Of a DNA stretch of 64,000 nt, positions 19,857 through 28,429 are shown one piece after another. The DNA is from Thermoplasmata archaeon. Lineage in GTDB: Archaea; Thermoplasmatota; JASEFT01; JBBABA01. The notes beneath the pieces are model-generated. The model saw only the letters and a list, made by a program, of their open reading frames with translations. It searched no databases and was not told where the DNA came from. The position numbers and the translations under genes were made by a program. Numbering within the stretch: position 1 is the first letter of the stretch; every line of letters starts with the position of its first letter. Location: assembly GCA_041657955.1 (NCBI GenBank), contig JBBABA010000001.1, positions 106,419 to 170,418 on the forward strand. The letters run 5' to 3'.

Positions 19857-20990
19857 ATGATAATTAAAAGAAAGGTGTGCCTTCGTTGCATCATGGATAC
19901 AACAGCTGAAGGTATCGTTTTTGACGATAAAGGTCAGTGCAACTACTGTACAAAATTCCTAAACTTGCTAAAAAAATACAAACCTTTATCAAGAGAGATG
20001 CAACAAAAAAAGCTATCTTTGTTGATTGAAAAAGTAAAAAGAGATGGTCGGAACAAACCATATGATTGTATAGTTGGTGTTAGTGGTGGCGTTGATAGTT
20101 CTTATGCGTTACACATAACAAAAAAATTCGGTTTACGACCTTTAGCAGTTCACATGGATAACGGATGGGATTCTGAACTTGCTCAGCAAAATATAGAACA
20201 TCTGGTCAAGGGTCTCGGTGTTGATTTGTATACCTATGTCATTGATTGGGATGAATACAGAAGTCTTATGCAAGCGTTTTTTGATGCTGATGTGATCGAT
20301 GTCGAATTATTGTATGATAATGCCCTGAGTGCGGTCGTCCATATGATGGCAAAAAAATACGGAATCGAGTATATACTTGCCGGGTCCAATACAATGACAG
20401 AGGGTATGAGTATACCTCCGAACTGGAATTGGTTTAAATTTGATAAAAAAAATATCTACGCCATAGCAAAACAATTTGGAGATATTAAAATCAAGTCGTT
20501 TCCCGCCATTGCGCACAGAGAAAAGCTATATTATAGCTATATTCGAAAGATAAAGTGGATTAGCTTTTTAGATTATTTTGAATACAATAAATTCGAAGCT
20601 TTGAAAATACTGCAATCTCAGTACAATTACAAACCTTACCCCTATAAACATTACGAATCAGTATTTACAAGATTTTATCAAGGTTACATTCTCCCTCAAA
20701 AATTTGGTGTTGATAAACGAAAATTACACTTATCAACCTTGATTATTTCTGGACAAATGTTGCGAGAAGAAGCCATTAAAATGATGGAAAATATCCCCTA
20801 TCCTTCTCAAAGCGATCTGGATGAAGACATAACGTATTTTCTTAAAAAAATGCGCTGGAATAAAACAGATTTAGAAGAATATCTAAGTAGGCCAGAAAAA
20901 TCGCACTTACTTTATGGAAGCGAAATGCGTTTGTTTGATTTTTTGCGCAAGATGAAAAGAAGATACAGTTGTTATAGGGTGCGGAAGTAA
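19857..20990 (+). CDS. N-acetyl sugar amidotransferase (PP-loop ATP pyrophosphatase; WbuX/WbpG/AglX family)
   Basis: N-terminal Cys-rich segment (CLRCIM...CNYC) and SGGVDSS PP-loop motif. Followed by HisH/HisF homologs, as in acetamidino-sugar systems. Confidence 0.8.
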   Translation: MIIKRKVCLRCIMDTTAEGIVFDDKGQCNYCTKFLNLLKKYKPLSREMQQKKLSLLIEKVKRDGRNKPYDCIVGVSGGVDSSYALHITKKFGLRPLAVHMDNGWDSELAQQNIEHLVKGLGVDLYTYVIDWDEYRSLMQAFFDADVIDVELLYDNALSAVVHMMAKKYGIEYILAGSNTMTEGMSIPPNWNWFKFDKKNIYAIAKQFGDIKIKSFPAIAHREKLYYSYIRKIKWISFLDYFEYNKFEALKILQSQYNYKPYPYKHYESVFTRFYQGYILPQKFGVDKRKLHLSTLIISGQMLREEAIKMMENIPYPSQSDLDEDITYFLKKMRWNKTDLEEYLSRPEKSHLLYGSEMRLFDFLRKMKRRYSCYRVRK

Positions 20991-20995
20991 AAGAA

Positions 20996-21352
20996 ATGAA
21001 GATCGGCGTTCTTGCAATTCGGGGTGCTGTCTCCGAGCACATAGCGATGGTTAAAATGACTATGAACAAGTGTGGGGTAAACGGTACTACGTGTTGTTTA
21101 AAAGAGAAGAAGGACGTAGAAAACATAGATGGACTGATTACCCCTGGCGGGGAAAGCATGATAATCTCCAAATTTATTTCAAATAAAAAAATGAGCGACA
21201 TCATACAGTTTAGCGACTCTGTGGAATCAGCAGAACTTACTCGAACTCAAAAGAATGTTCAAATAAACGTAGACGATATTTGGACAAACGATAGTAAAGA
21301 AAATTGTGTCTCTTTTATAACAGAAATTCTCAGTGAGAGGAAATCCTTATGA
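20996..21352 (+). pseudogene. Truncated PdxT/SNO-type class-I glutaminase fragment (catalytic Cys region absent)
   Basis: MKIGVLAIRGAVSEHIAMV...IDGLITPGGES matches the PdxT N-terminus (MKIGVLGLQGAVREHI...DGLILPGGEST). The remaining 50 aa are unrelated and there is no GTCAG catalytic motif. Stop overlaps the hisH-like start (ATGA). Confidence 0.55.
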
Positions 21353-21966
21353 TAGGAATCATCGACTATGGATTGGGCAATATCGGTTCAATTGTCAATA
21401 TGCTAAAAAAAATCAGGGCACCATGTATGCTTGTCTCAAACCCCGAAGAGTTGAAAGGCATAAAAAAAATAATTTTACCTGGCGTTGGCTCATTTGATGC
21501 CGGAGCTAGTAACCTGAAAGCTACTTCATTATGGGACGCTATTAAGGTAAAAGTTCTTGATGAACAAGTCCCTTTACTTGGTATTTGCTTGGGTATGCAG
21601 TTACTTTTTAATAAAAGCGAGGAGGGCAAAGAGGACGGCCTAGGGTTAGTGAGTGGAGAAATTAAACGGTTTGATTTTAGTCAGATGGAACAGAAACTAA
21701 AAATTCCTCACATGGGATGGAATGTTGTTACACCGACAAAAACCGACCCCCTCTTTTTCCATATGCCTCATAAAGAGATGCGGTTTTATTTTACCCACTC
21801 GTATCATGCAGTGTGTGCCAAACCAGAGAATATCCTAGCTGTAACCTCATATGGGTACGAATTTACATGTGTTGTACGAAATGGTAATATCTTTGGTGTA
21901 CAATTCCATCCAGAAAAAAGCCATAAGTTTGGTATGCAGTTACTCAAAAATTTTGCGGAGTTATAA
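21349..21966 (+). CDS. Imidazole-glycerol-phosphate-synthase HisH-like glutamine amidotransferase subunit (WbuY/AglY-like)
   Basis: IGIIDYGLGNIGS, GICLGMQLL, HMGWN and GVQFHPEKS motifs. Confidence 0.85.
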   Translation: MIGIIDYGLGNIGSIVNMLKKIRAPCMLVSNPEELKGIKKIILPGVGSFDAGASNLKATSLWDAIKVKVLDEQVPLLGICLGMQLLFNKSEEGKEDGLGLVSGEIKRFDFSQMEQKLKIPHMGWNVVTPTKTDPLFFHMPHKEMRFYFTHSYHAVCAKPENILAVTSYGYEFTCVVRNGNIFGVQFHPEKSHKFGMQLLKNFAEL

Positions 21967-21967
21967 T

Positions 21968-22729
21968 ATGCTGCGAACAAGGGTTATACCGTTTTTGTTA
22001 TTAAGGAACAGTGGTCTTTACAAAGGGATAAATTTCAAAGATCATAAATATGTCGGCGATCCAATCAACACGGTGAAGATATTTAACGAGAAAGAGGTCG
22101 ACGAACTTGCATTGCTTGATATTACGACTTCATTGGAAAACAAAGAACCAAATTACTCCCTCATAAAAGATATTGTGAGTGAGGCGTTTATGCCTATCTC
22201 TTATGGTGGAGGGGTAAAAACCCTTGAACAAGCACGAAAACTTTTTAATCTCGGTATAGAAAAGATTATAGTCAATACGTCCTTTGCACACAATCCAGGT
22301 ATTATAACTGAGATCGCCTCTGTTTTTGGCTCTCAAAGTGTTGTTGTTTGCATAGATGTAAAAAAATCGTTATCGGGGAATTATGCATCATACATTATGT
22401 CTGGAACGCAAAAAACTAAGGAATCCCCTGTTGAATTAGTCAAAAAAGCACAGGAGATTGGTGCGGGAGAAATTGTTATCAACTCGATTGATCGCGACGG
22501 CACACTGTCAGGTTACGACCTAAAGATTATTAATGAGATAACGCAATCAGTTTCTGTACCGGTTATTGTAGTAGGTGGGGCATCAAATCTTGAAGATTTT
22601 AAAAAAGCGGTCGAGTCGGGTGCGAGTGCGGTTGGAGCGGGCGCCATGTTTGTTTTCAACGGACCCCATAGGGCAGTTCTTATAACTTATCCAAGCTATG
22701 ATGTACTTAAGAATATATTGGGAGAATAA
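21968..22729 (+). CDS. HisF-like cyclase subunit (WbuZ/AglZ-like)
   Basis: RVIPFLLL, GGGV and IVNT motifs of the HisA/HisF TIM barrel. Start refined to the ATG just after the hisH-like stop. Confidence 0.8.
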   Translation: MLRTRVIPFLLLRNSGLYKGINFKDHKYVGDPINTVKIFNEKEVDELALLDITTSLENKEPNYSLIKDIVSEAFMPISYGGGVKTLEQARKLFNLGIEKIIVNTSFAHNPGIITEIASVFGSQSVVVCIDVKKSLSGNYASYIMSGTQKTKESPVELVKKAQEIGAGEIVINSIDRDGTLSGYDLKIINEITQSVSVPVIVVGGASNLEDFKKAVESGASAVGAGAMFVFNGPHRAVLITYPSYDVLKNILGE

Positions 22730-22733
22730 AGAT

Positions 22734-22901
22734 ATGCAGCATCAAACGTGTACACGATGTATCATGGATACATCGGATCCAGACATCACCTTTGACGAGA
22801 ATGGAGTGTGCAATCATTACATCACTACGATTGAAAAATTAAGAGCACCGCCATGTTCATTATCCAAAGAATCTAAGAAACAATTATTAGGTGACAGATA
22901 A
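22734..22901 (+). pseudogene. Duplicated N-terminal fragment of a WbuX-like amidotransferase (55-aa Cys-rich mini-ORF)
   Basis: MQHQTCTRCIMDTSDPDITFDENGVCNHY... parallels the N-terminus of the 19857 gene (CLRCIMDTTAEGIVFDDKGQCNYC). Good RBS (GGAGAATAAAGAT-ATG). Terminates after 55 codons, overlapping the GT4 start. Confidence 0.5.
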
Positions 22902-24100
22902 TGGTTAAAATATTTTACCTTTCACAAGAACACCCTCTTCCTAACAACCCAATAAGTCAAATATTTATCACATACAGGGTAAAAGTATTAAACGCTCAAA
23001 GGCAAGATCCCGATCTATATTTTCTGGAAAAGAAATACGGATCAGGTTGTGCATTCTTACGAAAAATGTTGGGCAAGACCGATTACCAAAATCAACATTT
23101 GCCAGTTATCAGGGACGGAATCAAATGGAACGGGGTAGTATATAAATTTGGATTTAAAGAATTAATTCAAAGGAAAATTAATAAAAACAAATTCGAGCGA
23201 CAGTCGTGTGAGAAAATCGCTCGCGATATACTATCGAGCACCGACTTTACTAACTACGACATGATTCACTGTTATAGTCCATACCCCGAGGGCTATGTCG
23301 GGACTTTATTAAGCCAAAAAACTGGACTGCCGCTGGTAATAACATGTATCGGTTCAGATATACATACTCGACCACAGTTGAACCCAGTAATCAGGGAGTT
23401 GACAGTGGCGGCGATGACAAAAGCCAACAAGGTCATTTTCGTAAGCAATTCCCTATTAGATACCGCCCAAAAATTAGGTTATTCTGGCGAGAACGCTGTT
23501 GTGATACCGAATGGAGTAGATTTAACTACCTTCACTATCCAGGAGCGCGAGTCCAACAAACGGGAACTGGGCTTGTCGGGCAAAGTGGTAGGTTTTGTAG
23601 GTAACCTGATAAGAGTAAAACGAGCCGACATGTTTCCAGCCATATTCAAACAGATTCAGGAAACACAGAAAAATGTAGAATTCTTAATCGTGGGTGATGG
23701 TGAATTTAAGAAGTCGATTGCCGATAAATGTAAAATATTAGGTATACGAGCCAAATTTATGGGATTTGTCGAAACACCATTGGTTCCTAAGTGTATGAAT
23801 GCGATGGATGTCTTAATTCTTCCGTCAAGAAATGAAGGTTTTCCTTGTGTTGTTTTGGAAGCGCAAGCATGTGGCGTACCCATCGTAGGAAGTGGTAATG
23901 GGGGAGTGCCAGAAGCCATTGGTGATGCCGGTATAATTGTCAAAGAGGGTATGCAATTTGAGGAAAGATTTGCGGATGCAGTCATTAAGGCGGTAAATAT
24001 GAAATGGGACCGTGATTTATTAAGAAGGAGGGCCTTAAAATTTGATTGGAATGTCACGGTTCAAAAAGAAATTGAAATTTATCAATCAGTAGTCAAATAG
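22901..24100 (+). CDS. GT4-family glycosyltransferase
   Basis: LPSRNEGFPCVVLEAQACGVPIVGSGNGG (EX7E motif). Confidence 0.8.
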   Translation: MVKIFYLSQEHPLPNNPISQIFITYRVKVLNAQRQDPDLYFLEKKYGSGCAFLRKMLGKTDYQNQHLPVIRDGIKWNGVVYKFGFKELIQRKINKNKFERQSCEKIARDILSSTDFTNYDMIHCYSPYPEGYVGTLLSQKTGLPLVITCIGSDIHTRPQLNPVIRELTVAAMTKANKVIFVSNSLLDTAQKLGYSGENAVVIPNGVDLTTFTIQERESNKRELGLSGKVVGFVGNLIRVKRADMFPAIFKQIQETQKNVEFLIVGDGEFKKSIADKCKILGIRAKFMGFVETPLVPKCMNAMDVLILPSRNEGFPCVVLEAQACGVPIVGSGNGGVPEAIGDAGIIVKEGMQFEERFADAVIKAVNMKWDRDLLRRRALKFDWNVTVQKEIEIYQSVVK

Positions 24101-24183
24101 ACCCGGTATTCTTCAAGAGAAAGCGATAAAGAACGAAAGAAATATACAACAAGCATAAAGATAATTGAGTAAGGATTACGTTT

Positions 24184-24312
24184 ATGCTTAGTAACGGAGG
24201 GTGCCCCTACCATTGTAGTTTTTGCTGTAGTCATGTTGTTTGGCAAAGAAGAACAAGATTTCGTTCTCCAGAGAATGCCATTAGCATTAGCAGTAATTAC
24301 GCAAGGGGGTGA
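24184..24312 (+). pseudogene. Remnant of a cobalamin-binding radical SAM enzyme gene (43 codons retaining the CX3CX2C motif)
   Basis: MLSNGGCPYHCSFCCSHVVWQRRTRFRSPENAI: GCPYxCxFC plus RFRSPEN is the hallmark of class-B (B12-binding) radical SAM enzymes. No B12-binding domain upstream; downstream frames are broken. Confidence 0.5.
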
Positions 24313-24486
24313 CATATCTCCTTGGTTTACACAGCCCCTATGATGATTTTTCATACCACCGTGATAATATACTGCGGGGCGGTATACAACCGTCTATGGG
24401 ACTAAAATTTTAGTTATTATCCTTATTGGTAGGGATACTAATCGATTGGAAATCTAAATATACCGTATATCGAATTAAGGCTGATT

Positions 24487-25572
24487 ATGAAAATATTGAT
24501 TGCGTGCCCCTCACATCAGTCATATGGAGTTAACAGCGCCATTATACGAGCTTTTGTTGATTTTGGTTGCGAGACCGATATCTCAACCTGGTCGGAGTCG
24601 TATACCTTCCTTAGTAGGACAAAACTGTTTTTTTGTTCCCAGATTAGTTCAATTGTTGAATCATTCGCCAAACCAGGAATAATGGTAGGGGAGTTCCAAA
24701 GAGATATGATAATGGAATACAATAAAAAATTACTACAAACAGTGAATGCAACTAAACCAGACGTGCTTCTAGCATTAAAAGGGGACGCTTTGTTGCCCGA
24801 CACCATAAAAAAGCTCAGAGAGAACTCCAATATCCCTCTTGTTCTTTGGTGTTATGATAGCGCCGTCCGCTTTAGGAATATTCTAAATGGTGGAAAATAT
24901 TACCATCTTTTCTACACCTGTGAACCAAGCGACATTCCAGAACTACAAAAATATGGTATTCGGGCAAAATTTCTACCAATGGCCTATGACCCCCATACAT
25001 ACTTCAGATTAGAAGACAAAACTGTTGTTAGAGATGTTTGTTTTGTGGGTACTTTGATCAATTACCCTCAGAGAAGGAGGGTATTAGGCGAGATCATTTC
25101 ACGGTATAATGAGTTGAATATAGAGGTATGGGGGCCCACCTGGAGCATATACTATCCGTTTTCATTATATGAATATCTAATTACGCAAAGAGACCTCAGG
25201 ATGCACCTTCATAATCATGGGATCTATCCTCGGGAAGTTAATAAAATCTACAATACATCAAAGATATGCTTAAATACCCACCATCCCCAACTGAAGGAGG
25301 GTTTAAATCCGAGAGTCTTTGAGATAATGGGTGCAGGCGGATTCCAGTTAGTGGATTATAAGAAAAAACTGGAGGAGCTGTTTAATGTAGAGAAGGAAAT
25401 GGTTTATTATAAAAACGAAGATGATTTATTAGAGAAGGTGGGGTATTATATAGAGAACGAAGACGAAAGAAAAAAGATTGCAGAAAGAGGCATGGATGCA
25501 GTCAAGAAAAAACATACTTATAAACATAGAGCCCAGGTTATTCTTGATGATATTAAGAAAATAAGGCAGTAA
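24487..25572 (+). CDS. CgeB-like/DUF3880-type glycosyltransferase
   Basis: C-terminal EIMGAGGFQLVDYKK...YYKNEDDLLEKVGYYIENEDERKKIAERG resembles the CgeB family. Confidence 0.55.
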   Translation: MKILIACPSHQSYGVNSAIIRAFVDFGCETDISTWSESYTFLSRTKLFFCSQISSIVESFAKPGIMVGEFQRDMIMEYNKKLLQTVNATKPDVLLALKGDALLPDTIKKLRENSNIPLVLWCYDSAVRFRNILNGGKYYHLFYTCEPSDIPELQKYGIRAKFLPMAYDPHTYFRLEDKTVVRDVCFVGTLINYPQRRRVLGEIISRYNELNIEVWGPTWSIYYPFSLYEYLITQRDLRMHLHNHGIYPREVNKIYNTSKICLNTHHPQLKEGLNPRVFEIMGAGGFQLVDYKKKLEELFNVEKEMVYYKNEDDLLEKVGYYIENEDERKKIAERGMDAVKKKHTYKHRAQVILDDIKKIRQ

Positions 25573-25676
25573 TCTAGATAAAGTACCATAAAAAACACCA
25601 CTACATACGCACCAAGTTCATATGCATCAATAAATAATTTCAAAATATTATACAAAAACAAAAGAGTTGAACAAAA

Positions 25677-27125
25677 ATGGATGAAGGTACCATTAAAAAA
25701 AGAGCGTCTATCGGAGTCATGTCTCTCATATTAAGAACTGGAATATTGAAAATAATATCATTCATCGGCAGCATCATCCTCGCTAGGTTACTTATACCCG
25801 CGGATTTTGGTATTTATGCGATAGTTAGTTTCATAGTGACGTTTTTCGGGACCTTTACCAATGCTGGTCTTGGGGCATCTCTAATAAGAAAAAGCACCGT
25901 CACGAACAAGGAGCTGACTACAGCTTTTACAACTCAACAAATATTGACAGGAACAGTTTGTATAATTATTATCGTCATTGCACCACTTTTTAATTTGATA
26001 TGGAAAACATCCACTACAATAGAATGGCTTGTTAGGATAATGGTAATTTCTTTTTTCATTAACTCTCTTGGTGTAGTACCTACGATTCAATTGGAGAGAG
26101 AATTAAAATATAATAAGTTAGTGGTATCTGACGTTTTGAGATCAGTATCATATACGTTCACATCGGTAATTCTCGCATATTCGGGTTATGGTGTCTGGAG
26201 TTTTATTTTAGGCGCTTTTGTTAGCAGTATCTTGGGCACTATTTCGTTATTTATAATATCTCCATGGCATATTTCTATTGGCATAGATAAAAAAAGTTTG
26301 AAAGAAATGCTTAGTTTTGGAGTAGTTTTTCAAGCTGGTGTAGTAGTAAGTTTAGTGTACACTTCAGTCACACCCGTCCTCGTTGGGGTATTAGCCGGGG
26401 CGACAGGATTAGGTTATGTGGTGTTTGCAGATGCCACAATCCAGTTCCCACTCATATTTGTGTATGCTTATCAACGCGTCACTTTCCCAACTTTTTCCTA
26501 TTTAAAAGACAACAAAGAAACTTATAGAAAGGCAATTGAAAAATCTATAAGATATGCATCATATTTTTTGTATCCTCTCTTTTTCATAATCCTAACAACA
26601 GCATCATTTTTTATACCCATAATATTTGGAAACAAATGGATGCCTGCCTTACCAGTTATTTATATTTCGCTAGTCTATCTTATGATATATCCAATGATAG
26701 TCCCCAGCAATAGTATGTTCTTCGTGGCAGGCAAACCGGGAATTGTATTGAGTATAACAACCGCTATGGCCATAATAACTTGGGCAGCAGGAATACCCTT
26801 GATATTATATTTTGGATTTATCGGCTTACCTTTAGCAAATTTATTTAATGCACTAATCTGGAAGTATCAATATGATGAGATGAAAAAAATAATTGACTTT
26901 AAGATTTATCGCAACATGTATCCTGCATTTTTAAGTGCCTTGGGGGCGGGGATAATTATTTATGTAATTACACTATTCGTTAACATGAATTTTATAATGC
27001 TAGTACTCACCGGAGCATTTGGACTTCTCATTTATCTTCTGTTTTTGTATGGGTTTGAGGGTAAAAAATTAATTGTGGAAATTAAAAACATATATCTGTT
27101 GTTAATAAAGAAGGAAACATTGTGA
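25677..27125 (+). CDS. Wzx-like oligosaccharide flippase (polysaccharide biosynthesis protein family, MATE-like; AglR-like)
   Basis: About 12-14 TM helices. N-terminus KRASIGVMSLILRTGILKIISFIGSIILARLL is typical of the PF01943 family. Confidence 0.8.
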   Translation: MDEGTIKKRASIGVMSLILRTGILKIISFIGSIILARLLIPADFGIYAIVSFIVTFFGTFTNAGLGASLIRKSTVTNKELTTAFTTQQILTGTVCIIIIVIAPLFNLIWKTSTTIEWLVRIMVISFFINSLGVVPTIQLERELKYNKLVVSDVLRSVSYTFTSVILAYSGYGVWSFILGAFVSSILGTISLFIISPWHISIGIDKKSLKEMLSFGVVFQAGVVVSLVYTSVTPVLVGVLAGATGLGYVVFADATIQFPLIFVYAYQRVTFPTFSYLKDNKETYRKAIEKSIRYASYFLYPLFFIILTTASFFIPIIFGNKWMPALPVIYISLVYLMIYPMIVPSNSMFFVAGKPGIVLSITTAMAIITWAAGIPLILYFGFIGLPLANLFNALIWKYQYDEMKKIIDFKIYRNMYPAFLSALGAGIIIYVITLFVNMNFIMLVLTGAFGLLIYLLFLYGFEGKKLIVEIKNIYLLLIKKETL

Positions 27126-27307
27126 TCAACAAAACGAAAAAGACCAGCCACTTCTAACACTTTTAAGAAATAAAAAAATATTGTATTAATTTCATCATAT
27201 AACAATCAAGAGGAAATCTTCATGTATCTAAAGTTTGATTATCTGTGTATCACCACCATAAAACTATGCGACAAAATAATGAATTACGATTAAGGTAGAG
27301 CGGCAAT

Positions 27308-28390
27308 ATGAAAATAACATTAATAGTAGGCGCACGGCCACAATTTATCAAGGTAGCACCAGTTTTAAGGAAAATAGGAAAGCAGCACGAGGAGATTCTA
27401 ATCCATACGGGGCAGCACTATGATTATGAAATGAGCAAAATATTTTTTGATGAACTAACTCTTCCAAAACCAGATTATCATTTGGGCGTTGGATCTGGTC
27501 CCCACGGAGAACAAACAGGAAAAATGTTGAAAAAAATAGAGGAGGTTTTGATAGAAGAACGTCCGAATTTAGTTTTGGTTTTTGGCGACACTAACACTAC
27601 TATTGCTGGTGCTTTGTCCGCTGCTAAGTTGCACATAAAGATAGCACACGTTGAAGCCGGCTTGAGAAGTTTTGACAGGAGAATGCCTGAAGAGACCAAT
27701 AGGGTTTTAACGGATCATTGCTCTGATTTTTTATTCTGTCCGACTAAAACTGCTGTCGAGAATTTAAAAATAGAAGGAATTAAAAAAGGCGTATATCTCA
27801 CAGGGGACGTTATGGTAGACGCCTTAAAAGAAAATATTATAATCGCCGAGCGGAAATCGAAGATATTGAGTGAACTGGGCTTAAAGAAGAACGGATATCA
27901 TTTAGCAACGATTCACAGAGCAGAAAATACTGATGACTTTAATAGATTGAAGAGTGTTGTAGGCGCTTTTTGTGAGATTGAAAATCTAGTTTTTTCCTGC
28001 CATCCAAGAACAGAAAAATATTTGAGAAAGTATGGTTTGTGGAAGAAACTGATTGGGTATGTAAACGTGATAACGCCAGTAGGATATTTAGACATGCTTA
28101 GATTGGAAAAAAACGCTAAGAAAATTTTAACCGATTCCGGCGGCGTTCAGAAAGAGGCATACATACTAAAGGTACCATGCATCACTTTAAGAGAGAATAC
28201 GGAGTGGATTGAAACTGTGGAAGATGGGTGGAATGTTTTGGTCGGTTCAGACAAGAAAACGATTATCAAAATGGTGAATGAATTCGAACCGGAAGGAAGG
28301 CAGAGAAATGTTTTTGGTAACGGAAATGCAAGCGAGAAGATTGCAAAAATCATAAATAATGCGTATGATGAAGATACCGATGACGCATAA
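27308..28390 (+). CDS. wecB: UDP-N-acetylglucosamine 2-epimerase (non-hydrolysing, WecB/MnaA-type)
   Basis: RPQFIKVAPV, HTGQHYD, GDTNTTIAGALSAAK and HVEAGLRS motifs. Confidence 0.85.
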   Translation: MKITLIVGARPQFIKVAPVLRKIGKQHEEILIHTGQHYDYEMSKIFFDELTLPKPDYHLGVGSGPHGEQTGKMLKKIEEVLIEERPNLVLVFGDTNTTIAGALSAAKLHIKIAHVEAGLRSFDRRMPEETNRVLTDHCSDFLFCPTKTAVENLKIEGIKKGVYLTGDVMVDALKENIIIAERKSKILSELGLKKNGYHLATIHRAENTDDFNRLKSVVGAFCEIENLVFSCHPRTEKYLRKYGLWKKLIGYVNVITPVGYLDMLRLEKNAKKILTDSGGVQKEAYILKVPCITLRENTEWIETVEDGWNVLVGSDKKTIIKMVNEFEPEGRQRNVFGNGNASEKIAKIINNAYDEDTDDA

Positions 28391-28429
28391 TTATAGTCTC
28401 TTACATCATTTCATTTAAGGTACTTTCTT

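Noticed and set aside
24082-24354. 90-aa reverse-strand ORF in the GT4/CgeB-like intergenic gap
   Set aside because: No recognisable motifs. The forward strand of the same region carries a clear radical-SAM remnant, so the reverse ORF is most likely spurious.
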